Below are positions 21,405-30,744 of a DNA stretch of 64,000 bases, in pieces (position 1 is the first letter of the stretch; the number at the start of each line of letters is the position of its first letter). The position numbers were made by a program, and so were the translations under genes. The notes beneath the pieces were generated by a model that saw only the letters and a program-made list of their open reading frames with translations, searched no databases and had not been told where the DNA came from. Source of the stretch: an uncultured bacterium (GTDB taxonomy: Bacteria > Babelota > Babeliae > Babelales > Babelaceae); contig OY970332.1 of the NCBI GenBank assembly GCA_963717435.1, forward strand, positions 448,001-512,000. Reading direction: 5' to 3'.

Positions 21405-22914
21405 TCTTGACGATCAAACTATAATAGCACAGTGCACCCCGACAGGAAGCGGCGCTATAGCTCTTTTGAGACTATCGGGCATCGATGCCAAAGAAATAGC
21501 TGACAAATTTTGTAGACTACCTGACGGAAAATCTATCTTAGAAAAATCGTCCCATACGATTCACTATGGTTATGTAGTAAGTAACAAAGCTATAAAAAAT
21601 TTACGCGGACCGCTCGCCCCGCCGTGTCCGGCGAAGTCTTGCACGAAGCCTGGAAGTGTTCTACGAAGCTTTAGCGAAGTAGAATGTATCGAGGGGTCGA
21701 CACAACAAGACTTTTCTGAAAATGTTATAGACCGGGTTATGATAATTATCATGAACGGCCCGAGAACGTTTACGGGACAAGATACCGTCGAGATTACCTG
21801 CCATAATAATCAGTTTTTGATCGAATCTATAATCAATCAAGCGATAGTTGCCGGAGCAAGACTTGCCCAAGAAGGGGAATTCTCAAAAAGAGCTTTTTTG
21901 AGTAAAAAATTAGATCTTTTGCAGGCAGAAGCAATAAACGAACTTATCGGCGCAAATACACAATTAGCTTTAAAAAAATCACTTTCCCAGCTTGATGGAA
22001 GCTTTTCAAACTGGGTAAACCAAATAGAATCAGGTTTGATTAGAACTTTGGCCTTTTGTGAAGCAAGCTTTGAATTCTTGGACGAAGAGCATGAGTTTGG
22101 CGAAAAAATCAAAGCCGATTTACTTGCTATTATAAAAAAAATAGAAAAAATCAGATCTATTTTTGATCAGCAACAGCAAATAAGAACTGGAATAAAAATT
22201 GCACTTATAGGCTCAGTAAACGCCGGAAAGTCTTCGATATTTAATTCTCTTTTGGGTCAAAAACGGGCAATTGTTACTAATATCGCAGGAACAACAAGGG
22301 ATTCTATAGAAGCTGGGCTGACAAAAAATGGCAACTTCTGGACAATTGTTGATACTGCGGGCCTGAGAGAGACAGATAACGTTATCGAACAAGAGGGTAT
22401 AAAAAGATCTTTGGAAGAGGCCCAAAAAGCAGATATAATTTTATTGGTTTTTGATGGATCTCAAGAACTCAAACAAGAGACCGCTGATATATATTTAGAA
22501 ATATTAAATAAATATAAAAACAAAGTAATAATAGTTAAAAATAAGATCGACCAAGATACTAACCCCGATAATAAAATTTTGCTCAATGGGGATATAAATA
22601 ATAAATATATCGAAGTCTCAAGTTTAAACAATATTGGCATAGAAAGCCTTGAAACAGCTATTCAAAGCAAAATCGATAAGCTTCTTGGCGCCGTAGATTC
22701 TCCATTTTTATTAAACAAAAGACAATCAAACTTATTATTTGGCCTAGAAGGCAAACTTAAAAAAATAGTTTTAAGCCTTGATGGCCAAATTCAATATGAG
22801 TTACTGTCTTACGACCTTAAAGACGCAATTGCTTATTTGAGCGAACTAACCGGAAAATCTGTAAGCGAAGCTGGCATGAACGCTGTCTTTAAAGAGTTTT
22901 GCGTCGGAAAATAA
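21388..22914 (+). CDS. mnmE: tRNA modification GTPase MnmE with an in-frame palindromic-element insertion
   Basis: TIIAQCTP, TFTGQDTVEI, GSVNAGKSS, GTTRD, DTAG, NKID, C-terminal FCVGK. Confidence 0.96.
   Translation: MKSIHSLDDQTIIAQCTPTGSGAIALLRLSGIDAKEIADKFCRLPDGKSILEKSSHTIHYGYVVSNKAIKNLRGPLAPPCPAKSCTKPGSVLRSFSEVECIEGSTQQDFSENVIDRVMIIIMNGPRTFTGQDTVEITCHNNQFLIESIINQAIVAGARLAQEGEFSKRAFLSKKLDLLQAEAINELIGANTQLALKKSLSQLDGSFSNWVNQIESGLIRTLAFCEASFEFLDEEHEFGEKIKADLLAIIKKIEKIRSIFDQQQQIRTGIKIALIGSVNAGKSSIFNSLLGQKRAIVTNIAGTTRDSIEAGLTKNGNFWTIVDTAGLRETDNVIEQEGIKRSLEEAQKADIILLVFDGSQELKQETADIYLEILNKYKNKVIIVKNKIDQDTNPDNKILLNGDINNKYIEVSSLNNIGIESLETAIQSKIDKLLGAVDSPFLLNKRQSNLLFGLEGKLKKIVLSLDGQIQYELLSYDLKDAIAYLSELTGKSVSEAGMNAVFKEFCVGK
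21610..21696 (+). repeat. Modular palindromic repeat unit inside mnmE (translated)
   Basis: CCGCTCGCCCCG-[hairpin]-AGTG-[hairpin]-TGTATCGAGGGG, encoding PLAPPCPAKSCTKPGSVLRSFSEVECIEG. Confidence 0.9.
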
Positions 22915-23037
22915 TCTGGTCAACAATTTTAAAATTATTCTAAAAAACTACCCAACTGTTGATATAAAAAACGAAATTTCTCTATTGTAATTTATGGGAC
23001 TCAGTGTCTGTTTTTAAATTTATTATAGGAGCTTGTA

Positions 23038-23964
23038 ATGAAAATATATTATTTAAATAATATATTCTGGAGATTAATAATAATTAATTTTATTTCGGCC
23101 GGATTATTATTTTCAGCATCTCAACAAGAAAATATCGAAAAATCAGATTTAGAATTATCCAAAATGGACGATTACTTCAGAGTGTACGATTCCTATAGAC
23201 GTCTCTGGCCCCTGAGTCTAAGATACGGAGATATTCCCCCAAATAGCAGATACAAGTCTTGGGACTATTCTTTTAAGCTAATAGACGCTATCAAATTTTA
23301 TGAAATATTATACAAACATTTTACTGATTGGAAAGCTCTTCATGGAGGTTATGGACACATTGATATTTACATAATTAATGAAAATACAAATAAATTTTTA
23401 GAAAAAACATACATGGATTCGCTAAGTTATTATTTGATTCAAAAAATTATACAAACTCCAATCGATCCTTATAAGCTAAATAACGTATACAAATACCGTG
23501 CTGTAGGGCAAATATGGGGATACTACGCCCAGCATATACGCTGGGCCATCGAAGAATATATAAAGAAAAATAATTTTTTTCCGCAAGAACAAGACCGTAC
23601 AAAAAAGCCTGCCCCTAAAAAAACTGCTTCTGAAACACCGCATTCAACAATAACACCCTACTATATACTTGGAATCCCGGACAAAGCAACTGACGCTCAA
23701 ATACTTGGTTTAACTCAGGAACAGTCAAGAAATAAAGCAACTGTAAAAAAAGCGTACAATAAATTATCGCTGATCTGGCACCCTGATAGGCTAATGGAAA
23801 TGACTAACACGGTTGCAAAAGCAAAATATTCTAGCCCAGAACTTTTAAAAGCTTTTGGACCCGATCCTGATGACAAAAAAATCCCTGATCGCAAAAAAGT
23901 CAGAGCTTTATCAGAAGAAGTGTTCAAGCTTATTGCTAACGCTTATCAGAGATTAACATCTTAA
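23038..23964 (+). CDS. Secreted protein with a C-terminal J (DnaJ) domain
   Basis: N-terminal hydrophobic segment. J-domain pattern TPYYILGI...VKKAYNKLSLIWHPD...FKLIANAYQRL. Confidence 0.8.
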   Translation: MKIYYLNNIFWRLIIINFISAGLLFSASQQENIEKSDLELSKMDDYFRVYDSYRRLWPLSLRYGDIPPNSRYKSWDYSFKLIDAIKFYEILYKHFTDWKALHGGYGHIDIYIINENTNKFLEKTYMDSLSYYLIQKIIQTPIDPYKLNNVYKYRAVGQIWGYYAQHIRWAIEEYIKKNNFFPQEQDRTKKPAPKKTASETPHSTITPYYILGIPDKATDAQILGLTQEQSRNKATVKKAYNKLSLIWHPDRLMEMTNTVAKAKYSSPELLKAFGPDPDDKKIPDRKKVRALSEEVFKLIANAYQRLTS

Positions 23965-24061
23965 GCTGATATTTAGAAAAATTTTTAAAGCAACCACAAG
24001 GGAAAAAATTGTGAATTTAAACAATAAGAAACTTTGATAGTTTAGAAAAAGGGGAAAAATA

Positions 24062-24952
24062 ATGAAAAAAATAACCATAATTTTATTATTCATAATATGT
24101 TTAGCTAAAAAACCAATTTATGGCGACGAACTAAGTGATTTGAAAAAAGAAAAAGAAAAATTGGAAGCAAATCTTTCTCCGGAAAATTCTGTCTTATTAA
24201 ACAAGACAATAAATAATTTAACCGAAAAAGATAAAGATGATTTCTTGAGAACTATGACCAAAATAACAGAATTCGTAGAAAGAACAAAATCAGGAGATTT
24301 TACTAAGTTATTTGAAAAAGATATATCTCCTATATCAAATAATATATTTGAATTAGCTAAAGAATTAAAAGAATTGGTTCAAGAAATCGATTCAAGTTCA
24401 TATAGTTCCCATTCGGAAGAATTGGAAAAATTTGAAAAGAAATTATTAATTTTTGAAACACTGCTAAATACAATTAAAAAAAATGGCAACATAATAGTCA
24501 TAGATAATAAAAAAAAATTAGCCAAAGAAATCTTTTATTCGGTGATCCAATTTTTTAATGAGTTTATAGCCAGGGCAAAAGAATTTCCCCAAGGATTACA
24601 TAAGACATTTTATGTTTTTGGCAAAGAAAAAAATAGATTAACAGATAGTATAATTGGAAGAATGACAGACATTCCTATTTTAGAAATTGTTAAAACTTAT
24701 AAAATATTACTAGAACTGAGCAAAGAAAAGAACTACCAACAAGAGATTAGCAAAGTATTTGATCAAAATGCTCTAGATGATAAAAAAACAAGACCTTTTA
24801 GGATATTGCATTATATTGTAAACTATAAAAAACAGGGAGGCATAATTCTCAAGGATGAAGATTCGATCAAAATGTATTATGAAAATATAAGTCCAGTCAT
24901 AAATAAAGTTTTAATGCAACAGGGCTATATAAGTATCCCGCTAAACAAATGA
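24062..24952 (+). CDS. Secreted helical hypothetical protein
   Basis: MKKITIILLFIICLA signal peptide, Lys/Glu-rich sequence, AGGGG RBS. Confidence 0.7.
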   Translation: MKKITIILLFIICLAKKPIYGDELSDLKKEKEKLEANLSPENSVLLNKTINNLTEKDKDDFLRTMTKITEFVERTKSGDFTKLFEKDISPISNNIFELAKELKELVQEIDSSSYSSHSEELEKFEKKLLIFETLLNTIKKNGNIIVIDNKKKLAKEIFYSVIQFFNEFIARAKEFPQGLHKTFYVFGKEKNRLTDSIIGRMTDIPILEIVKTYKILLELSKEKNYQQEISKVFDQNALDDKKTRPFRILHYIVNYKKQGGIILKDEDSIKMYYENISPVINKVLMQQGYISIPLNK

Positions 24953-25091
24953 AGCGCTCGCCGGCTTTTAAGCCGGTGTATCGCGCGAAATTACGCCATA
25001 GCCAAACCCACCTACGCTAGGGCCACGGCGTGGTTCTTGTCGCCTGCATCCACGGGCTAAAGACCCGCGGTTTTTGCGACGGCGAATAAAA
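24953..25091. repeat. GC-rich multi-hairpin element (MITE/REP-like)
   Basis: Hairpins CCGGCTT/AAGCCGG (followed by TGTATCG as in the main family) and CCACGGG-CTAAAGA-CCCGCGG, in a GC-rich island within AT-rich DNA. Confidence 0.55.
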
Positions 25092-25110
25092 CAGGATTTA
25101 ATTAATAGAA

Positions 25111-25136
25111 TTGGGGCAGTTTTAAAACTGCCCCAA
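25111..25136. terminator. Probable bidirectional terminator between convergent genes
   Basis: Perfect palindrome TTGGGGCAGTTTTAAAACTGCCCCAA. Confidence 0.65.
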
Positions 25137-25164
25137 TCTGTATAGATCTATAATTAAAGTTTTT

Positions 25165-25776
25165 TTACTTAGCTTCTAAAACGTAAGACTCAACTCTTCT
25201 GTTTGGAGCCTGTTGTTCACGCTTTCCACCGGCAACTATTGGCATCTCGCAACCACGTCCCACGGTTTTGATCATAGACTTTTTAACGCCATTTCTAATT
25301 AAGTGTCTTGCAACTGTTTTAGCACGTTTTTCAGACAACATCATGTTATAAACCGCTGACCCGGCACTGTTACATGCGTGACCCTCGATCACAACAGTTT
25401 TGCCTTTAGAAGTTAGATCTTTGATAATTTTAGTATCTGCATCTAATTGTGCTTTTTGGTCATCCCTAATATTGTGCTTATCAAAGTCGAAATAGATCGT
25501 CTTTAGACCATACTTGGCTGAATCTTTGTGGTCATCGACCATTAGCGACGTGCTTTCAGATTCATCAAGCATCAGATTTTCTTGGCCCGATTCTGGGTTT
25601 AGGGCGTTAACATCTTCTTCAAGAACAAATGCTTCTAAATCTTCATCGTAGATCTTTTTTTCACCTTGGGCATATCCGGATTTTGATTTTTCTATATCTG
25701 TAGACTTGGTTTGCTTTTTGCCGCAGCCAGATAAAACAAGACAAACTGCCAACAATTTAAGACTGTTAGTTTTCAT
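25165..25776 (-). CDS. pal: Pal/OmpA-family peptidoglycan-associated lipoprotein
   Basis: Probable start MKTNSLK, lipobox LSGC, IYFDFDK, IEGHAC, YNMMLSEKRA, NRRVE. Confidence 0.85.
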   Translation of the reverse strand: MKTNSLKLLAVCLVLSGCGKKQTKSTDIEKSKSGYAQGEKKIYDEDLEAFVLEEDVNALNPESGQENLMLDESESTSLMVDDHKDSAKYGLKTIYFDFDKHNIRDDQKAQLDADTKIIKDLTSKGKTVVIEGHACNSAGSAVYNMMLSEKRAKTVARHLIRNGVKKSMIKTVGRGCEMPIVAGGKREQQAPNRRVESYVLEAK

Positions 25777-26018
25777 AATAAGTGCTTCCCAGGGTTTAAA
25801 TGCTTGTATATATATTTTACTTGGGGGCAAATGTAACATATTTTTAAGCTGTTTTCTACAAAAATTGATTATTGTGGTATATTAAGTTTATAACTGTATA
25901 GGGGTCAGGAAAAATATTTATTGGACGTAGATAACGGCCCACAGTAAAAATTATAAAAAATTATAATAAATAATAACGAGCTTAAAAAGCTCATAAACAA
26001 CTTAAAAAATTAAAAAAT

Positions 26019-27530
26019 ATGAAGAAAATTTTAATAAACTATACACCCTGGCAAACCAGGGTTGCTATAACCCGTGATGACGAACTCCAAAACATATACT
26101 TCTGGTCCCATGCGACTGAGAGCCTGGAAAGAAGCTTTTTCAAGGGAATAATTACAAAAATATTGCCTGGGATCCAAACGGCATTTGTTGATATTGGCCA
26201 AGAAAAAGCAGGCTTTTTACATATCTCTGAGATTGACCGCGAAATGGCTGCCCATAAGATGGGCGGTTCGGATCTTGAAGAGATCGATGAAGATGAAACA
26301 CCGGTTGTAAAGGATATCGGCCGCCACCAGATGGATATCAGTAAGATTTTAAACGAAAATGAGCCGATTCTGGTTCAGGTTGCAAAAGAGCCCATATCTG
26401 AAAAAGGGGCAAAACTAAGCACATGTTTTACCCTTCCTGGTAGATTTATAGTTTTAATGCCAAATATCCCACGAATCGGGATCTCAAAAAAAATAGAATC
26501 CCCTGAAGAGCGTACGCGCCTAAAAACTTTGGTAAAAGAAAATTTGCCTTCTGGGATGGGTGCGATCATACGAACAACTTCAGAAAATAAACCTGATGCT
26601 GAAATTCTAAAAGATTTAAAATATCTGACCAGCACCTGGGACACGATATTAGAAAAATATAAAACTGCCCAGCCAAAAGAGAAGATTTACGAAGATTTAC
26701 CACTTTCTCTGCAGGCTGTAAGAGATCATCTTGATAATGACGTTGAACTTGTGATAACTGATAGCAAAGAAAATCATAGTCAGATTTATAAGTTTGTTAA
26801 AGGAATATCGCCTGAACAGGCCCATAAAGTTGTATTTTACGAAGGGCCCCCAAGTTTATTTGAAAAATATGAAATCGAAAAGCAGATAGAGCAGGCTCTA
26901 CAAAGAAAAGTAAACTTAAAATCTGGTGGTTCTATTGTTATAGAAACAACGGAAGCTATGACCGTTATAGACGTTAATACCGGCAGATATATTGGGCAGT
27001 CAAATCTTGAAGACACTATATTTAAAACAAATATGGAAGCAGCTGAAGAGATTGTAAGACAATTAAGATTGAGAAATATTGGTGGTCTTATAGTAATCGA
27101 CTTTATTGATATGGCCACCGGTAACGCTCGACAAAAGCTGTTCAGATATTTGGAAAAAACTTTAAAAGAGCGCGACAAGTTTCAGTCTGTTGTCTTAAAA
27201 GTTTCTGAATTTGGTTTAGTACAGATGACAAGAAAAAGATCTGGAAAAACACTTTCAAGAGAGCTTACCGATACATGCAAAAATTGCCATGGAACGGGCT
27301 TTGTTAAATCGATGCAAGCGGAAAGTTATGAAATATTAAATGATATTAAACAGGATTTAGAAAAGAGAACTATTTCTGGTTCAATAAATCTTGAAGTTGA
27401 TCCCGCTGTCTTTAATTATATTACTACAATAGAATACAACGCTATATTATATTTAGAAAAAAATTATCACTGCAAGATTACACTTGTAAGCAAAGTACAA
27501 AGTGGAAAATCTAATTATACTGTGTCTTAA
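26019..27530 (+). CDS. rng: Ribonuclease E/G family (RNase G size)
   Basis: S1 domain AFVDIGQEKAGFLH, TEAMTVIDVNTG, LRLRNIGGLIVIDFIDM, CxxC Zn-link. Confidence 0.93.
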   Translation: MKKILINYTPWQTRVAITRDDELQNIYFWSHATESLERSFFKGIITKILPGIQTAFVDIGQEKAGFLHISEIDREMAAHKMGGSDLEEIDEDETPVVKDIGRHQMDISKILNENEPILVQVAKEPISEKGAKLSTCFTLPGRFIVLMPNIPRIGISKKIESPEERTRLKTLVKENLPSGMGAIIRTTSENKPDAEILKDLKYLTSTWDTILEKYKTAQPKEKIYEDLPLSLQAVRDHLDNDVELVITDSKENHSQIYKFVKGISPEQAHKVVFYEGPPSLFEKYEIEKQIEQALQRKVNLKSGGSIVIETTEAMTVIDVNTGRYIGQSNLEDTIFKTNMEAAEEIVRQLRLRNIGGLIVIDFIDMATGNARQKLFRYLEKTLKERDKFQSVVLKVSEFGLVQMTRKRSGKTLSRELTDTCKNCHGTGFVKSMQAESYEILNDIKQDLEKRTISGSINLEVDPAVFNYITTIEYNAILYLEKNYHCKITLVSKVQSGKSNYTVS

Positions 27531-27550
27531 AAATTATTTAGGAACTCAAC

Positions 27551-28987
27551 ATGGCATATGAAACATATGAAATTAACATTGGTATAGAAGTTCACGTCCA
27601 ACTTACAACAAAGACAAAAATATTTTGCACATGCGCGAATGAGCCTGAGCAGGCCCCTAATACAAATATATGTCAAATATGCGCCGGTCATCCGGGAATA
27701 TTGCCCGTATTAAATCAAGAAGTTGTAACAGGCGCTATCAAAGCTGGTTTAGCAACAAACTCTAGTATCACAAGAAAATCTGAGTTTGCAAGAAAGCATT
27801 ATTTTTATCCTGACTTACCAAAAGGGTATCAAGTAACCCAAAGTAATAGGCCAATATGTGAAAACGGGTATATTACAATAAAACTTGAAAATGGTGAGAA
27901 AAAAAATATAAGACTTATCAGAATTCACATGGAAGAGGATGCTGGTAAGAATATACACTCACAGTATAGCAACGAAAGCTTTGTTGATTTGAACAGAGCT
28001 GGAACGCCGTTATTAGAGATCGTTAGTCATCCTGACATTTCAAGTTCTTATGAAGCACGTGCATATTTAAAAGAGTTAAGACTTATTGTCCAGTATTTGG
28101 GAATCTGCACCGGCAACATGGAAGAAGGGTCTTTTAGAGCTGACACAAATATATCTGTAAGAAAAATTGGCGCTAAAGAGCTTGGAACAAAAGTCGAGCT
28201 TAAAAATATTAACTCATTTAAGTTTATTTCTGATGCAATAGAACATGAATTTGAAAGACAGGTTGATCTTGTTGAATCTGGTCAAAAAGTTAAACAAGAA
28301 ACAAGATTGTGGGATACAAAAAATAAAAAAACTGTGCCTATGCGATCAAAAGAAGAGGCGGCTGATTACAGATATTTCCCAGAACCAGATTTACCGGTAA
28401 TTGAAATTGCTGAAGAAACTATAGAAAAAATTAAAAACAACTTACCAGAGTTGCCTAATCAAAAGCTTGAAAGATTGGTGTCTGAAAAAAATCTGACGCC
28501 ATACGAAGCTGAAATTTTGATAGATGATATTGAGCTTGGTAACTATTTTGAGGCTGCGAGCAAAATAACAAGCAGCAAGCATCTGATTAACTGGATCCTA
28601 AGAAATTTATTAAGTCACTGCAAAGACAACAAAATTAGTTTAACTGAGTGCAAGTTAACCCCTGAAAAAATGGCCGAGCTTGTTGAGCTTATAGACAAAA
28701 ATGTAATTAATAACAGATCTGCACAAGAGATTTTAGAAGCTGTTATGCAGTCTGGTAAATCGCCTAAAGATTTAGTTAAAGAGCTTGGTCTTGAACAAAT
28801 TGGATCTTCTGAAGAGACAGAAAAAATAATTTTAGAGATTATTGCTGCAAATCCAAACCAAGTTGCCAGTTACAAATCTGGTCAGGTTAAACTATTCGGC
28901 TTCTTTGTTGGTCAGGCTATGGCTAAAACTAAGGGCAAGGGCAACCCTGCGATTATTAACGAACTGCTTAACAAGCACTTAAGTTAA
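27551..28987 (+). CDS. gatB: Asp/Glu-tRNA amidotransferase subunit B
   Basis: IGIEVHVQL, YFYPDLPKGYQ, DLNRAGTPLLEIV, DYRYFPEPDL. Confidence 0.97.
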   Translation: MAYETYEINIGIEVHVQLTTKTKIFCTCANEPEQAPNTNICQICAGHPGILPVLNQEVVTGAIKAGLATNSSITRKSEFARKHYFYPDLPKGYQVTQSNRPICENGYITIKLENGEKKNIRLIRIHMEEDAGKNIHSQYSNESFVDLNRAGTPLLEIVSHPDISSSYEARAYLKELRLIVQYLGICTGNMEEGSFRADTNISVRKIGAKELGTKVELKNINSFKFISDAIEHEFERQVDLVESGQKVKQETRLWDTKNKKTVPMRSKEEAADYRYFPEPDLPVIEIAEETIEKIKNNLPELPNQKLERLVSEKNLTPYEAEILIDDIELGNYFEAASKITSSKHLINWILRNLLSHCKDNKISLTECKLTPEKMAELVELIDKNVINNRSAQEILEAVMQSGKSPKDLVKELGLEQIGSSEETEKIILEIIAANPNQVASYKSGQVKLFGFFVGQAMAKTKGKGNPAIINELLNKHLS

Positions 28988-29017
28988 AGTTTATAAAAAC
29001 TAAATTCAAAATTTTAT

Positions 29018-29045
29018 CGGGCAAGAAAAAATCTTGCCCGTTTTT
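29018..29045 (+). terminator. Intrinsic terminator after gatB
   Basis: CGGGCAAGA-AAAAA-TCTTGCCCG followed by TTTTT. Confidence 0.8.
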
Positions 29046-29125
29046 GTTATTAAAAAATTTTTAAATTTTTATTTTTAAAAACATAAATTTCACTAAACTG
29101 TAAAAATATAAATTTTTGAACGCCA

Positions 29126-29213
29126 CCCCTCGATACACCCGTCTACGCTAAAGCTACGCCGGGCACTCCCAGGCTTCGTGCAAGACTTCGCCGGGCGCGG
29201 CGGGGCGAGCGGG
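29126..29213 (-). repeat. Modular palindromic repeat unit (two-module form, intergenic)
   Basis: Reverse complement reads CCCGCTCGCCCCG-CCGCGCCCGGCGAAGTCTTGCACGAAGCCTGGG-AGTG-CCCGGCGTAGCTTTAGCGTAGACGGG-TGTATCGAGGGG. Confidence 0.9.
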
Positions 29214-29253
29214 TCTCGAGATAAGAATAAGTTATTGTAAATGTTTCAAAAAA

Positions 29254-30150
29254 GTGAGTGAAATTATGGACCTAAAAATAAAACATAAATCTTTAGAAAA
29301 AAAACTAAAGCTCGCGATAGTAATAAATATTACTTTTACAATAATAGAATATATTATTGGATTCAATTCGGGCAGTCTTGCTCTAATTTCAGATGCTTCG
29401 CAAAATCTAACAGACGCAACAAGCTTATTAATATCTTTTTTTGGCCACAAAATCTCAAAAAAATCTGCTACAAAAAAATGCACTTATGGTTACGGTAGGG
29501 CAACAATTTTGTCTGCATTAATTAATGGCACAATTTTGCTTTGTATAGCTATTTATATTTTCAGCAATATTTATGACAGAATTTTACACCCTCAAGCCGT
29601 AGAGGGCAAAATTGTTATGTTAATCGGGTTTATTGGCATATGCGTAAACGCAAGTGTCGCAATGTTATTTATAAAACACAAAGACGATATAAATATTAAT
29701 AGTGCATTTACTAACATGATATTTGATGCGATTGCATCACTTGGGGCACTTATAGCTGGCATAGTAATTTATGCAACAAATTCAACTTTTATCGACCCGT
29801 TAATTAGCATTGTAATTGGCTTAATGCTACTGCGAAGCTCATGGGTGATATTAAAATCGGCAATAGATATTTTACTTGAGGGAGTTCCAAAAAATATCGA
29901 TATAGACAAAGTGCGGGCGGCAATAAAATTAACAGAAGGCATAGATGACGTTGAAGATCTGCATGTGTGGGCCATATCTTCATATTCTTGTGCACTAAGT
30001 TGCCAGATTATTGTTGATGGGAATAAGCTGAACCAAAGTGTTTATCTTACCAAAAAAGTAAAACACAAACTTGAACAAGATTTTAATATCAGACACTGTA
30101 CTATAGAAACTAATATTGCAAAAGGCGCAAGTTGCCCGATTAATTTATAA
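29254..30150 (+). CDS. Cation diffusion facilitator (CzcD/ZitB-like) transporter
   Basis: SLALISDA, TYGYGRA, ILLEGVP, DLHVWAI; about six TM segments. Confidence 0.9.
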   Translation: MSEIMDLKIKHKSLEKKLKLAIVINITFTIIEYIIGFNSGSLALISDASQNLTDATSLLISFFGHKISKKSATKKCTYGYGRATILSALINGTILLCIAIYIFSNIYDRILHPQAVEGKIVMLIGFIGICVNASVAMLFIKHKDDININSAFTNMIFDAIASLGALIAGIVIYATNSTFIDPLISIVIGLMLLRSSWVILKSAIDILLEGVPKNIDIDKVRAAIKLTEGIDDVEDLHVWAISSYSCALSCQIIVDGNKLNQSVYLTKKVKHKLEQDFNIRHCTIETNIAKGASCPINL

Positions 30151-30176
30151 CTGTTTCAAAAGTCTAGAGGAATAAT

Positions 30177-30719
30177 ATGATAGTTCTTAAAAATTTATTT
30201 AAATTTTTGTTATCAACTTTAATTTTAAATTTTAACTATGTATTATGCATGGAAAAAGATCAGATAAATCAAAACTACTATCAAGTTTTAAATTCTTTAA
30301 AACTTGAAATAGTTGAATCGGGAAAATCAGATCTAGAAGTAGTTTTGAGAAAAACAAAAAAATCTAAAAAAGCAAAAAATAAAGGCTCTTCTGAATCAGG
30401 GATTACTAACCATATAACAAATCCTGATGCATCAGAAGAAAACGAAGATTACAATCGCGAGTTTGTACAAAAATTAAATCTCGCGGTAAAAAGTAATAAT
30501 ATACCTGTAATTCTAGCTTTAATGGAAAACAAAAATTTTTACCAACAAAAACAGATAATTAAATTAATGAGCGCAAACAAGGCCGCACTTGAGACAATAG
30601 AATCTAAAAATGAAGCGAGAGAAAAAAAAGAAAAGTGCATGCGCATCGCCCAAGTAGCCATTACTTTAGTAATAATCGGCATTCTTGAGGCAATTATTAA
30701 ACTTACGCCACCAGCTTAA
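30177..30719 (+). CDS. Hypothetical protein with signal peptide and C-terminal TM helix
   Basis: GAGG RBS, hydrophobic N-terminus, C-terminal IAQVAITLVIIGILEAII. Confidence 0.7.
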   Translation: MIVLKNLFKFLLSTLILNFNYVLCMEKDQINQNYYQVLNSLKLEIVESGKSDLEVVLRKTKKSKKAKNKGSSESGITNHITNPDASEENEDYNREFVQKLNLAVKSNNIPVILALMENKNFYQQKQIIKLMSANKAALETIESKNEAREKKEKCMRIAQVAITLVIIGILEAIIKLTPPA

Positions 30720-30744
30720 ATTTTAAGTATTAAAAATTTAAAAT

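Noticed and set aside
20311-25100. Possible integrated island at tRNA-Gly
   Set aside because: No integrase or att duplication seen, and core genes jag-mnmE follow directly.
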